In this document: positions 61,733 through 62,000 of the stretch, piece by piece
Layout of the letters: every line of letters starts with the position of its first letter
Position numbering within the stretch: the stretch's first letter is position 1
Source: Lama guanicoe
Taxonomy: Eukaryota
DNA length: 62,000 nt
Reading direction: 5' to 3'
NCBI GenBank assembly: GCA_013239625.1
Contig: MU054391.1
Coordinates: forward strand, 7,161,095-7,223,094
Made by a program: the position numbers and the translations under genes
Notes under the pieces: model-generated
Seen by the model: only the letters and a program-made list of their open reading frames with translations
Databases searched by the model: none
Told to the model about the DNA's origin: nothing

Positions 61733-62000
61733 CTTACAACTCTGCCAGTTACAAGGCAGGACTGCTCCCCCCCCTTCCTTGCCAGCCTCCCCTACACTCC
61801 AGCCCCTTCCCTGCCTTCCTCCCCTTCTCAGTCATTCCAGGTCCCAGGCAGAAAGTCACACAAAACACTTCGTGTCTGTCAGCAGATTCCTGGAAGGTCA
61901 CGCTGAATGATGAATGCTCCCGGCTAGGATTGGAGGGTTCTTTTATTTTCTTATTTTCTTATTTTTTTCCCTTTTCTTTCTTTTTTTGCCTCCCATGAAT

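Noticed and set aside
1..62000. CRISPR arrays, rRNA, operon-like or defence systems
   Set aside because: The sequence is an intron-exon mammalian locus; no regularly spaced repeat-spacer array or rRNA-like sequence was seen.

Overview
Mammalian genomic DNA, most likely from a camelid (it carries a vic-1-type tRNA-derived SINE). Positions 1362-38185 hold the 3' part of LPIN1 (lipin-1 phosphatidate phosphatase) on the + strand. Fifteen constitutive coding exons with GT-AG boundaries splice in phase into 653 codons plus a TAA stop, covering M-LIP, the DIDGT catalytic motif, LGHIL and C-LIP. A 78-nt cassette exon absent from the ORF track (9697-9774) matches the 26-aa lipin-1 gamma insert. A ~2.4 kb 3' UTR ends near an AATAAA at 38158. 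The 5' exons (N-LIP, NLS, beta exon) lie upstream of the window. The remaining ~24 kb is intergenic and repeat-rich (L1, L2, MIR, MER5/MER20, Tigger, MLT and ERV LTRs), and I could not support any other protein-coding gene. The most notable signals are the gamma exon with a neuronal-type splicing code around it and a CpG-rich ERV LTR relic (53600-54135) carrying a duplicated BANP/CGCG-like element, which may be an exapted promoter. I found no evidence for a wholly novel multi-gene system. Repeat family names come from recalled consensus similarity, not from a database search.
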